From Girardia tigrina (Eukaryota), in assembly GCA_001938485.1 (NCBI GenBank), contig MQRK01255162.1, forward strand, positions 1-64,000: a stretch of DNA of 64,000 nt, written 5' to 3'. Made by a program: the position numbers and the translations under genes. This document shows positions 53,531 to 64,000 of this stretch, one piece after another. The notes below the pieces were generated by a model that was not told the DNA's origin, did not search any database, and saw nothing but the letters and a program-made list of their open reading frames with translations. The stretch's first letter is position 1. Each line of letters begins with the position of its first letter.

Positions 53531-53879
53531 CCACGAAGCTCGTTCGTGGTGATTATGTGTAATATTTAATAGTTTAGGCATAATGAGAGCATCAGACCAG
53601 GATCAAAGTACCTCTTGTGTAAATTTTTTAAAAATTAACCCAAAAAACTAAATAATTATTTTTATCCCGCTGAACGGGTTAACTGTCAAACGACACGAAA
53701 GATTATGTAAAAACAAAGATTTATGACGAAAGAGGGATCTCACCAAGTCATCAGAGATTAATAGTTTTGGGCAATCGAATGATTGCCGCACATGATTTGA
53801 TTATGATATTTAACATGGATTAAAATTCTAACATTAATTTATGATTTTCATTCAAGTCAAATGAAAACATAAACATAAA

Positions 53880-54140
53880 TGATTTTAAAATTCTGCGTTC
53901 TCCTTTTAAAAACTATTAGGAGAAGGGCGGTCTGTGAAGCACTTTATGTCAGATCTTTAGATCCTAAGATTAATGTGCAAAAGGGTTTCTCGAAAACCCT
54001 ATTGAGCGTGTTTAGATGACATAATAATAAATCGATGACACAATCACTGTTTGCTATATAAGCAGATTTAAAATTCATTTTTTTCTTGAGACCTGACGAT
54101 GACGGTTATACCGTCGAAATTAATTGTCATGAAAAATAAA
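53880..54140 (+). mobile_element. Penelope-like 3' remnant/pLTR, same family as the 19.8-20.3 kb copy
   Basis: FKILRSPFKNY*..RAVCEALYVRSLDPKINVQKGFSKTLLSVFR*, CTATATAAG box, hammerhead. Confidence 0.88.
54088..54130 (+). ncRNA. Minimal type I hammerhead ribozyme
   Basis: Stem I GAC/GTC; core CTGACGA; stem II GACGG-TTATA-CCGTC; GAAA; palindromic stem III ATTAAT; AUU triplet. Confidence 0.85.
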
Positions 54141-55029
54141 TGTATATTTAACAAATGGCGTATTTTTGTTTTTAAAAAATAAGTTGCCATCATTTTTTAA
54201 TTTTTGAATAATTAATTTCAACGTTATTTGTATTTGTTCATTTGTAAAAAAATATCGACTTATTAAAGGCTAATTTTCTGTTAATATCACGAATAGTGTT
54301 ATTTAACACTACCATTTCATGTTGATCACACTGAAAATTCATTAGACCGAATATGTCAGTCAGATGAAAAGGACTCTTGTCGAGATAATTCAAATTCCAT
54401 ATTCAAACTTAATGGTAAATACTAATGATAAAATACCTTTTAAAAATCGGTGATTCGGGTGAACTTATATTAGCGCATTTTAATTATGAAAATGTTTTCC
54501 AAAGTAACAAAGACGTAAATAAATATTCAATCCTTTAAATATATATTAATGACAATGTGAATAAATTCAAAATTATTGAAATCAATGTTCAAAGAATACA
54601 AAAACATATTTGAAGATCACAAAACTGTTCAAGTGAAGAAACATAAATATGATAAAACGAAAAGCGAAGGTTTCTCTGAAATCTGTCGAAGAAAGGAATA
54701 AAATAGGAAAAATATTCTTAATTCCATTAAAAATCATCATTAAATGAGTATCCAGACGAAAAATGACGATTCCAGTGCGAAGGAAGAAATTTTCTACGAA
54801 CGTGAGAAATTATTGACGAAGATTTGGGCCATTTCAACTCCCCAACTTCACCATTTCACCGATGAAATTTTTTCGGCCGTTGTGATTGAGCAGTTTAAAT
54901 GTATCACGTTTTTGATAAGCCAATTTCTTTTCGCCTTTGTGATTTCAAAAAATTGATGTCATTTAGTTTGAATCGATTAATGAGAATTATGTTTATGGAA
55001 AAAAATTTAAAATATATGTAAATCGATGG

Positions 55030-55520
55030 TGTGAGGAATATTTTAAATTGTTTGAATATGTAAATGTAGTGATGCGGTATGTTGATTTAAGTATGTTGAA
55101 TTTAGAATGGTGATTCTCGCACCCAGATGGAAATTGGTATTTTTTATTAAGTTTAAAGTGATTGACTATTCGAACATAATTAAAATAATCATTTTATAAG
55201 TTCATATCTTTAATTTCAGAATTAAAATTAAGTTTAATAATTTTTATTAAAATTTAAATTAAATGCATTTTTAATAATTTGATGTCATTTTTATTATTTT
55301 GGGATTTATTGAAAAAATGGTAAAAATTAATATTTTTAAAGGTTAAATATTTTAAAAAATAACTTAGAAAAATTGTTCGAATAATCAGGATTAAAAACAG
55401 AAATAAGAAAACGAATTAGAACGATGGCAAACGATGAAAGACCTTGTGAGAGTTTTAATGACTCTAAATGTAATTGCAATAATGATTCAAACGAGACTTG
55501 TTTAAATGTTCTTAATAGAT
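55030..55520 (+). repeat. Left arm of a diverged ~500-bp inverted repeat
   Basis: Shares TCTC.CACCCAGATGGA, AAAAATTGTTCGAATAAT and TTAGAACGATG.C.AA.GATGAAAG with the reverse complement of 56730-57260. Confidence 0.75.
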
Positions 55521-55619
55521 GGGACATTTTTTTTTGAATTTTGATCTAATTTTTTCATAGCGATTTTAACTGGGAGCCAAACATAGAATTTATTTTGCGT
55601 ATAATTTTTAGAGAATAAA

Positions 55620-56125
55620 ATGTCAACTAAAGGATTAGCAATATCATCTCAAGATGAACAAGATCGATTATTAGATGAAGCATTCGCCGAAGTGAGAGCT
55701 CAATTGTTTCAAATGAAACGATCTTTATATAAAAGTAAACAGATGGATGGTTGGAAACACGCGGCAAATGTTCACGGTAAAATGAGACAGTATCCATGGT
55801 CACCGAAATCGTATTGTGAGCTTTATATGGCTGTCACTGATGAATTGCGGCATTTGGAGAATTATTTATTGGTGGGATTTCAATAGAGCGGAAAAGTGAA
55901 CGACCTAAGCGAATTGATGCAGTATGCCGGCAATATTAAGCTACGATTATGTTTATTAATCACCGTCGGAGATAAATATATAAAGTGAAGTGAATTACCA
56001 AGAAAGGATATTTTGCGAGATCACGTGGAAATGAGTCATGGAGTTCAACATCAATTACAAGGATTAATTTAAAATAAAATATTTTTTACAATTTTTAAGA
56101 GCGGATTTGTTATCTGACACAGATA
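55620..56125 (+). pseudogene. VPS35: VPS35 (retromer) N-terminal ~165-aa fragment, intronless
   Basis: SQDEQDRLLDEA...FQMKRSL...SPKSYCELYMAVTDELRHLE...QYAGNIKLRLCLLITVG...RKDILRDHVEMSHGVQHQLQGL; two stops and a frameshift. Confidence 0.93.
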
Positions 56126-56729
56126 TTCAACCTAAAAATATTCTAATTGCTGCCATGAGTCAGATAAAACTTGATGATTTAGGTTGGTCGGAACGTAACA
56201 GGAGTGAATTGGAGCGAGTCTCGAACGTCGAAAAAAGGGCTGAAAGTTTCAAATTGTCCATCGGAAAGTCGTTTGCTGAGTTCTGGAGCACCAGCCGTGA
56301 GTTACGCATCAATTACTTGTGTGGCCTGATAATAATGAAAGTGACTTCGGTCCGGACGAGGCGAGATTCGTTGATCGTATTATTTAGCAGGGCGACTGAC
56401 GGACACTGGCTGCGCGTGACCAAGAGTGCCGAGAGAACCGACAGCTGCTACACCATTGACTTTTGGCGAGGTATTAATAGTTTGTTTCCCAAGATTCGAA
56501 GTCCGCCCCTAATGCCGGAGTGTCGCTGCCACGCTCTGCTATCCAGAGTAATGGAAGAAAATATTTAATTTACTTAATTAGAAGTAATAAACGAATTTCA
56601 ATCCAAGAATTTAATTAGATAAAACACAGAATAAATAGAAATAAAATTTTCTATGAAAAAATAGATGACAATTGAAAAGGAAATACGGGATTTCCCCCGA
56701 TGTTAAAAGAACAAAATTGATTTTATGAA

Positions 56730-57260
56730 TAATAAGAACACCAACATGGGTTTTCGAACTTTTATTTTCAACACAATTAGAATTGTCTTTTGGACAACTC
56801 TCAGCAAAGCTTTCATCATTCGACATCGTTCTAAATTGATAACTTTTAGTTAATGTTTTTTAACAAACAATTATTCGAACAATTTTTTCATTATTTTCAG
56901 ATTTTGTTTTCGAAGTTCAAATTTTGTAATTTTAGTAATAATTTATCTACATATTAATTTTATTTAAAAAATATTTTATTTAAAGAAAGAACATTTATTT
57001 AATTTAAAACTTAGTTAAAAGTTATTTACTTTATTTAAATTTTTAATATTAACAATTGAAACGATTTGATATTTTTAAATTTTTTTAAATATATTATGCT
57101 GTACTTTAAAATGCAAATTATACTCGAATAATTATTCATTGTGAACACGCAAAATATCAATTCTCCATCTGGGTGGGAGAAACACATTTCCAAATACTAA
57201 ACTCAACATACAAATTCAACATACCAATTTCAACATACCAAATTTAAAATATTTCTCACA
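56730..57260 (-). repeat. Right arm of the diverged inverted repeat
   Basis: Inverse of 55030-55520. Confidence 0.75.
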
Positions 57261-57444
57261 ATGAAAAAATACGAAAAAAAGATTTTTGAGGAAAGAAATT
57301 TCAATGAAAAAAAATTATTTGATAAGTATGAAGTAAAATACATACACTTAAGCTGTAAAACAAACAATGAAAAACTAATATATATATATATAAACAAGCG
57401 TTCTACTCAACGAAATCATCAATATGGAATCATTCGATCATAAA

Positions 57445-58981
57445 AAAATCTAATTCTTTGCACTGATGCCTCAAAGATAGCCGTGGGAGCAAGCCTCAAC
57501 CATGAAATCAATGGGTGACTTGCACCAATAGCATTCTTTTTACGAAAGCTAACGGAGGCCGCGCAAAAATACTCAACCTTTGACAGAGAGCTACTCGTCA
57601 TATACCTGACCACCAAGAAGTTCAAACATTATCTAGAAGGTTGCACCTTTAAGATTCTAACATATCACAATTCTCTCATATACATTCAGTCTATGAAGGA
57701 ACCATCCAACAGAAAATGGTGGCACATAGAATTCCTGAAAAAATTCTCGTTTCAGCTGCAATACATAAATTGCACTGAGAACATTGCTGCAAATTTCCTC
57801 TCAAGGACGTCTGAGAACTCGGACGATCTGACCGAAATAACGATGATATCTAAATCTGATCTCATCAAAGAGCAAGAAAAAGAGAAAAATGATCTTTTCT
57901 CAGACAATGAATTAAAAGTCAGAACAGAAGGAGGAATTCTACTAGACGTAGCTAATGGAAAAAAACGAGTCATTTTACCCAGCAAGTTTCACCACTCCGA
58001 GTTTCAGCGACTGCATGGCATCACTTATCCCGGTGCTAACAAAAGCATTGATCTAATCCGTACCGGCTACGTTTGGAAAAGGATGAAAGCAAACGTCCGG
58101 AAATGGATCCGAGAATGTCACAAGTGTCAATTAACAAAAATAACGAGACACACCAAATTGAAACTTGGCAAACTTCCGGACAGAGGCAGATTCAAAGTGA
58201 ATCTCATGTAAATTGTCGGCCCACTGCCGATGGCGGAAGGAAAACTCTATTTATTTACATTCATCGACAGGCACTCCTCATGGCTCTAAGCGGTTTCCAT
58301 CAATGATATCGCATCCACCGCTGTTTGCAAAGCACTCACAAGCACGTTGATCTCTCGCTTCGCACCACCCGAAATCATTACTGATCAGGGCAGACAATTT
58401 CTCTCCAGCCAATTCAAAAGCACATGTGAGAGATTCGGAATCAAACACAGGCGAACCACATATCACCCTCAGTACAATGGGAAGATTGAGTGATTCACCG
58501 CTTTCTTAAAAATGCGCTCAGAGCTCACTGTGAAACATGCAAACAGACGCGGATGCGCGATCTACCGATCGTTCTACTCGGATTACGAAACACCACTATC
58601 ACTGGTTCAACAACTCCTCTACGGTTCCTCCACCAGACTTCCGGGATACATTATCAAAGACAACGATAACCAGAAATACTACACAGAAGACCACATCACA
58701 CGAGCTATAACCGAATTCGGAATTCAAATCGTAAACAAGCAGTTAGCCTGCAAGATCTTTCTGAACACAGGCTCTCAAAGACTGCAAATACGTATGGATC
58801 AAGACCGATAACTGTGGCTCGCTGAAGCCACCATACGATGGACCTCCTGAAGTACTCAGCAGATATGATGACTTGAAAACCTTTGACCTAAAGATCTATG
58901 GTTGCACAAAGAATGTCTCAATAGACAGATTGAAGCCAAAGTTTACTTGTCACGATACTACGCATCTTATGCAAGGGAATA
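57445..58981 (+). mobile_element. Ty3/gypsy pol remnant (RNase H and integrase) ending at a PPT
   Basis: LCTDASKIAVGA, KYSTFDRELL, WIRECHKCQ, IVGPLP, ITDQGRQF, YHPQYNGKIE, PPYDGP; AAGGGAATA|TGTAAAG at 58982. Confidence 0.95.
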
Positions 58982-60653
58982 TGTAAAGTGCATTTAGATT
59001 TTGTGACTTAAAAAACATGTTAAATAATTTTTTTTAATTTTTAAATTATTTTTCCTGGAATGCTTGTAATTTTTTATATATTGTCATACTTTTATTTTGA
59101 CTATATTCCGTACGGAACTATACTCATAACTAATGTTGTTTTAATAATCAGAATTATCAAAAAATAAATTTTCATAAATGGTGTTTTGTTGTTTTTAATA
59201 GTCGATGGATGTAATTTTCAATATATTATTGAGGTCTTGTGTATAAAAATTATATATATTTATATATTGTATGTATATAATTGATGTACCATACGGTAAG
59301 TAGCTTTATAAAAGGGAAATTTTTTTTGAAGCTTGAGGCTCCTCTTTCGGTCATTCCCGGAATGGCTCCGAATTTTGGGAGCCTATCGTTTCTTTTAAAA
59401 AAATTATATAAAATATATATATATATATATATATATANNNNNNNNNNNNNNNNNNNNNNNNNNNNNNNNNNNNNNNNNNNNNNNNNNNNAATAAAATAAA
59501 TATAATAAAACTCTTACTCTCCAAATCAAACTCAAATTTATTTTTAATGAAAATTTTGGGAAATATTTCCCTTTTTGTTTAATCTGCCTATCAGTCGACT
59601 AATCAAAATTGGCCATTAGGCCATTCATTAATTTTCTTTACGGCCTTAATGGCCTAATTTGACAAATTGACGGCCTTAATAGCCTAATCTGTTTCATTTT
59701 TGGAAAAATAATTGATGGCCAAAAGGCCTATAATAATAATAAAAGAAAAATTTATTATTTTTAATATTTTAATATATGAATATATATATGTAGCTCTAGT
59801 ATAAATAGAGCAATATTTTTATATAAAAAAAGAGAAGGAAAATAAAAAAAGGCAAAAAATTTGAAAAAGTAAAAAATATATCAAAATTCCTGTATATGAT
59901 TTTAAAATTATTTTAATATCTTCTAAGCTGTATAGCATCTTATAATCTCGCCTCCAATCATTCAAAAGTTGTAAAAACCTTTGCTCAAGACTGTAATTGT
60001 ATATCGAAATAAACGATTATTAAAGACGTTTTGTTATTTATTGAAGTCAAAGAGTTCATCGAGTTTAAACGTTGGATCAGATAATTGAGCGCCGAACACC
60101 AAACAAATCCTTCTGATTTCTTTGTTCAAAATCAAATTCAATTTAATACAATATATAATATTTCAAGTCTTGAAAATATTTTTGAATTATATTCAGCTTC
60201 CTACAATAGGTTCATTACTCTTTCAGGAACATCATGTATGTCACACCATGATTTTAAAATGACTTCCTTAATATTTATTTTTCTAGAAAATTACTACCTT
60301 TACAAACATTATAAAAGAATAATTATATAAAACGATAATTATTAATAATTTATTATGAAAAGTAAAGGTAATACTACTTATCTAACACAAAACGAGATAT
60401 TTAGAGTTTCCAAGGTAAATTATAAATAAAAATTTGTTAGTTAGTTTTCTAATTTTTTACAGCCAGAAGCTTTAAATAGTTATTTATATCAATTGACCCA
60501 TGCGATTTCTGACTAGCTAATAAAGCACTGCGAATGTCTTCTAGTTTCAATTGTAGATTTAATTGTCGATTAAATTTTTCTGTAATATCTTTCACCTGTT
60601 GTTCTCTCATCGCTCCTAAAACAATATATTTAACAATAATATATGGTTTATAT

Positions 60654-61060
60654 CAGTGTCGGGCGACCTTTTTGAGTGGCAGTGCACTAAGCTTAAAACG
60701 TTTTTTTCGCGGCGCACCTGTGGGACTCTCTTAGTTTTGAGAGAATTTAGAATCCATAGTATGAGAGCGTTTCTTAATAATGTTTAATTAAAATACCTTG
60801 GGTAAAAATTGAGTGAGAATCTCGCTAAGAATAAATTATAAGCACAGGATTCTTGCCCCAAAACAAACTATTTTTCAATGTTTTTTAACCAGCAGATTGT
60901 ACTGTGTGCGAAACTTACTGTGTGTTTAACAATGATGCAAAAATACGACTAATATTACTATAGCAATACTTCAATAACTTGTTCAATAACAAGTACAATA
61001 ACTTTAACAATTTTAAATATTTTACAAAAATGGTTGCGGCGCACCGGTTGCCCGACACTG
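60654..61060. mobile_element. hAT (Charlie/Buster-like) MITE, 407 bp
   Basis: TIRs CAGTGTCGGGCGACC / GGTTGCCCGACACTG; 8-bp flanks GTTTATAT and GCTTATTT match at 6/8. Confidence 0.88.
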
Positions 61061-61310
61061 GCTTATTTGAATATTCCTTGATATATACATAAAAATAGTA
61101 ATATTGAATCGTAGGAACCCATCATTCATAAATAACTTAATCAATCATTTTTAAAATATGACATAAGAAAGACATGTTTCAATAGATTGAATTAAATTAT
61201 GAAATGGTTCTTTAATAATTTAATCTTAAATTATTAAATTAATTTTCAATTAATCAATAATGAAATTTTTAAATTAAATTAAAGACTTTTAGTCTTGTAG
61301 TGGATTTACT

Positions 61311-61900
61311 TTGCCAATTTCGAATGTTAGTTATTGTCTAATAAGTCGAGCTAATAAGTACACGGACATCCGAAGCTACCCAGGATTCAACTGCGGTTCC
61401 GACCACAATCTGGTAGTTATAATTGCCAGAGTCCGAGAAGAAGGGAAAAGACCGAAGAGGTTAAGAAACGACAGAAACACTCGCAAACACAAAATGCCAG
61501 ATCGAGAAGCAATCATGAAGAAAAAGGAAACGATAACCGAAACATTTCCACATGTTCAATTTTCAGGTACCGATTGGAAGTCTACCTATCAAAGGATCTG
61601 TGATGTGGTCATAAGAGCAAACACAAGATCACAGAGAACTTCCTCGAATCAAAAGTGGTGACCTGACCACATAGAGGAGTTAAAGATACTCATTGGAGAA
61701 AAATGGGCGAGACGCACTGAGTTTGTGAGAAATAGAAACAACGACACTTTTTCTCGATGGAAATCAAACAGAATAATTCTCTTGAAGAATATCAGAAGAT
61801 GGCTGTGAAAGCTGGAGATTTGCAGACAAAAACATTTAGGAATTGCATACCCTTCATAACCTATGCACACGCATAGTAAGGAAGAAACACAAGATTGAAA
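61311..61900 (+). mobile_element. Non-LTR retrotransposon (RTE-like) APE endonuclease C-terminal remnant
   Basis: SYCLISR...DIRSYPGFNCGSDHNLVV (SDH motif), followed by a KW linker. Confidence 0.75.
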
Positions 61901-62124
61901 CACAAGGACATCCTGGACATTGGACTCCCACATCTCATGGTTATTAACGCGAATAAAATTCTTACTTTCCACAGTAAGACGGAAACTTCAGAGGAGTACG
62001 AGACAATCAAAAGATTCTGGAGGGAACCGTTGCTGGGGTCATTGTGATCGTCGCTGTGGTAACCGTTGCTATGGGAACGGTTACCACGGACAGGGGGGGG
62101 CGAATCCTCATTTTACCACTACTG

Positions 62125-62440
62125 GTACAAAAGAAGTGGATATTCAGTTTGGAAAACCAGTGTGCATTGATAAAAAGCATGGAAATGTATTCGAATCTCG
62201 GTTATTCTGGGATTTCAAGAAATCACATTAATTAAGATAGTGTTTTGGAGTCCATGCTATCATAGTTCTAACGGAAGTATAGAGAGACAATTCTTAACTG
62301 TTCAAGATGCATTTAAAGCGCTACTTAAAGAAAGAGGAATTAATAATTGGAAAGAAATATTACTGCGTGAAGATGCGATATAAACTGATCGAATAATACG
62401 CAGAAATATCGAATGGCTGTAGCCTTTTAAAGAAGGGAGT
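62125..62440 (+). mobile_element. Ty3/gypsy integrase core remnant ending at a PPT
   Basis: QFGKPVCI..GNVFES, SPCYHSSNGSIERQF...NWKEIL; AAAGAAGGGAG|TGTAAG at 62440. Confidence 0.75.
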
Positions 62441-62699
62441 GTAAGCATAAATAATTATATGATATTTATATTTTCTTTATTATACTAAATATATAACGGT
62501 AACGGATACAGAATGTTCAAATTCATCTCTTATCATTATTTGAATATGAAAACATTTACTCCTGCAATTTTAAATTATAAAATCCATTTTGTGTAAAGTA
62601 TTTTCTTCTCAATTTTTTGGAATCATCTTACAATAGATGAAAAGAAAATAATAAATATTTATTTATTTCATATATTAAAAAATATTTATAATTTAAAAT

Positions 62700-63415
62700 T
62701 AATTTAACCTGTTGAATTAGAGTCACATTTGTAAAAATAGTCTGCCATTTCCATAAATCTATCGAACCACGGTTGACGAAGATGATCATTGTTATAACTG
62801 AATTCTGTAACGTCATTTTGTTTTTCAGGTGAAAAGTGTCTTTCTTCCAAAACCTTAAAAAAATGTTACATTATAATTTTTTTAAAAGTAATAGGTTGTC
62901 TTAAGCGTAAGTCATTTTATCCATAGAAAGTATTAGAAGTTCTTGGAACATCGTCAGAATTATTACTCTGAGTTATTTCAGACATCAAAACTTTTATTAT
63001 ACAACACAAAAAATGTTTAAATCTAATATTTAAACAAACTTATTTTTTTGAGAAACATTTTGATTTATAAATCTTAAACCGATATAAATAAAAATACTTA
63101 TAAATATTCATTTTTGATTTTTTTAATTACTCTTATAAATCAATTTTAAATTACGATAACATTTTAAAATATTTAATCGTTTCGTTTAATTTTATTAATT
63201 TTTTAAAAATCGTTTCATATATAAAAATTATACATTTTTCTTTTTAAATTATATTTAAAACTCTCAGAAAATTTTAATTATTAACAATTTAATTAGATCT
63301 TCATAATTTTAGTAATTTATTTTTTCAAACGTTACATATTTAATTATATATCAATTTTAATTTGTACATATTTAATATTCTTTCAAAAATTTTCATAGCA
63401 TTTTTAATTCCTAAC
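62700..63415 (-). mobile_element. Inverted copy of the 32.8-kb repeat continuing into a gag-like ORF start
   Basis: MSEITQSNNSDDVPRTSNT (MSDTNNSDDFPRTSNT in the other copy), then LRQPWFDRFMEMADYF. Confidence 0.5.
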
Positions 63416-64000
63416 AGAAAGATTTACAATTAGGTTACTACATCATATTCTTCAGATGATTTGATATCGGAATCTTAAAAGTTTTGTATTTAACAGTGAA
63501 TTTGACCTAAGATACGAACTTTGTTTTCGCTAGGATATCTGAGAACAGGTTGTTAATTGGTCAAAAGGGTTTTCATTTAGGTTTTTTAATTTGTTTTTGA
63601 AATTGGTTATTGATTGTTTGGATATTTTCAAGATAATTTAAATATAGTTTTAGTAATAATTTTTTAAATTATTTTTATATTCCTTTGCATAATTTTGGAT
63701 TAGGGAATTTATTACATTTTTTTCCATTGCTGAATCGACTGATAAATGAATAGCCCTCCAGTGATTTTATAAAAAAGTAAATTAGAATAAATAATTTATT
63801 ATAAATAATAATATAATTAGTTATTAGATAAATAATAATGTCTCGAATTAGTAAAAGTATAAATACTAAAGTGAATCAACTCTTACCCGCAATGTAGTCA
63901 TATTTTTCTAACTTTTTGGTAGTACTACCTTGATACGTAGATGATGCGCGTGTTGTTTAATTGTTGTAATGTCTGCAAATATTAGATCCTTCTATGTTAG

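Noticed and set aside
54840-54950. SH3-like KLAYQKRDTFKLL...FIGEM on the minus strand
   Set aside because: Lacks the conserved Trp and PxNY motif; too weak to call
600-56125. Alternative genetic code (TAA/TAG = Gln) suggested by in-frame stops in several gene fragments
   Set aside because: Stops include TGA, fall at positions where Trp, Arg or Lys are expected, and co-occur with frameshifts; this is ordinary decay

Overview
This is very AT-rich eukaryotic (invertebrate-like, possibly flatworm; inference only) repeat-dense DNA with several N gaps and no convincingly intact host gene. It is a nested graveyard of mobile elements: one near-intact DD34E Tc1 element with ~190-bp TIRs (9964-11436); a second Tc1 split inside its transposase by a 4,978-bp TG...CA insertion with a 4-bp CCTA target duplication (candidate giant solo LTR); Ty3/gypsy, mariner, pogo, RTE-like and Penelope remnants; and two hAT MITEs. 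Features missing from the ORF track were read directly from the DNA: a degenerate HDV-like ribozyme inside a 154-bp direct-repeat-flanked insert, with a related TSD-flanked insert 7 kb away; two minimal hammerhead ribozymes in Penelope pLTRs; a CRESS-DNA-virus-like SF3 helicase fragment; and broken fragments of ubiquitin-like, Bcl-2-like, prefoldin-1, MyTH4-FERM, 14-3-3 and VPS35 genes. The VPS35 fragment is bracketed by ~500-bp inverted repeats. All family assignments come from manual translation and motif recognition; no searches were run, and boundaries of decayed elements are approximate.
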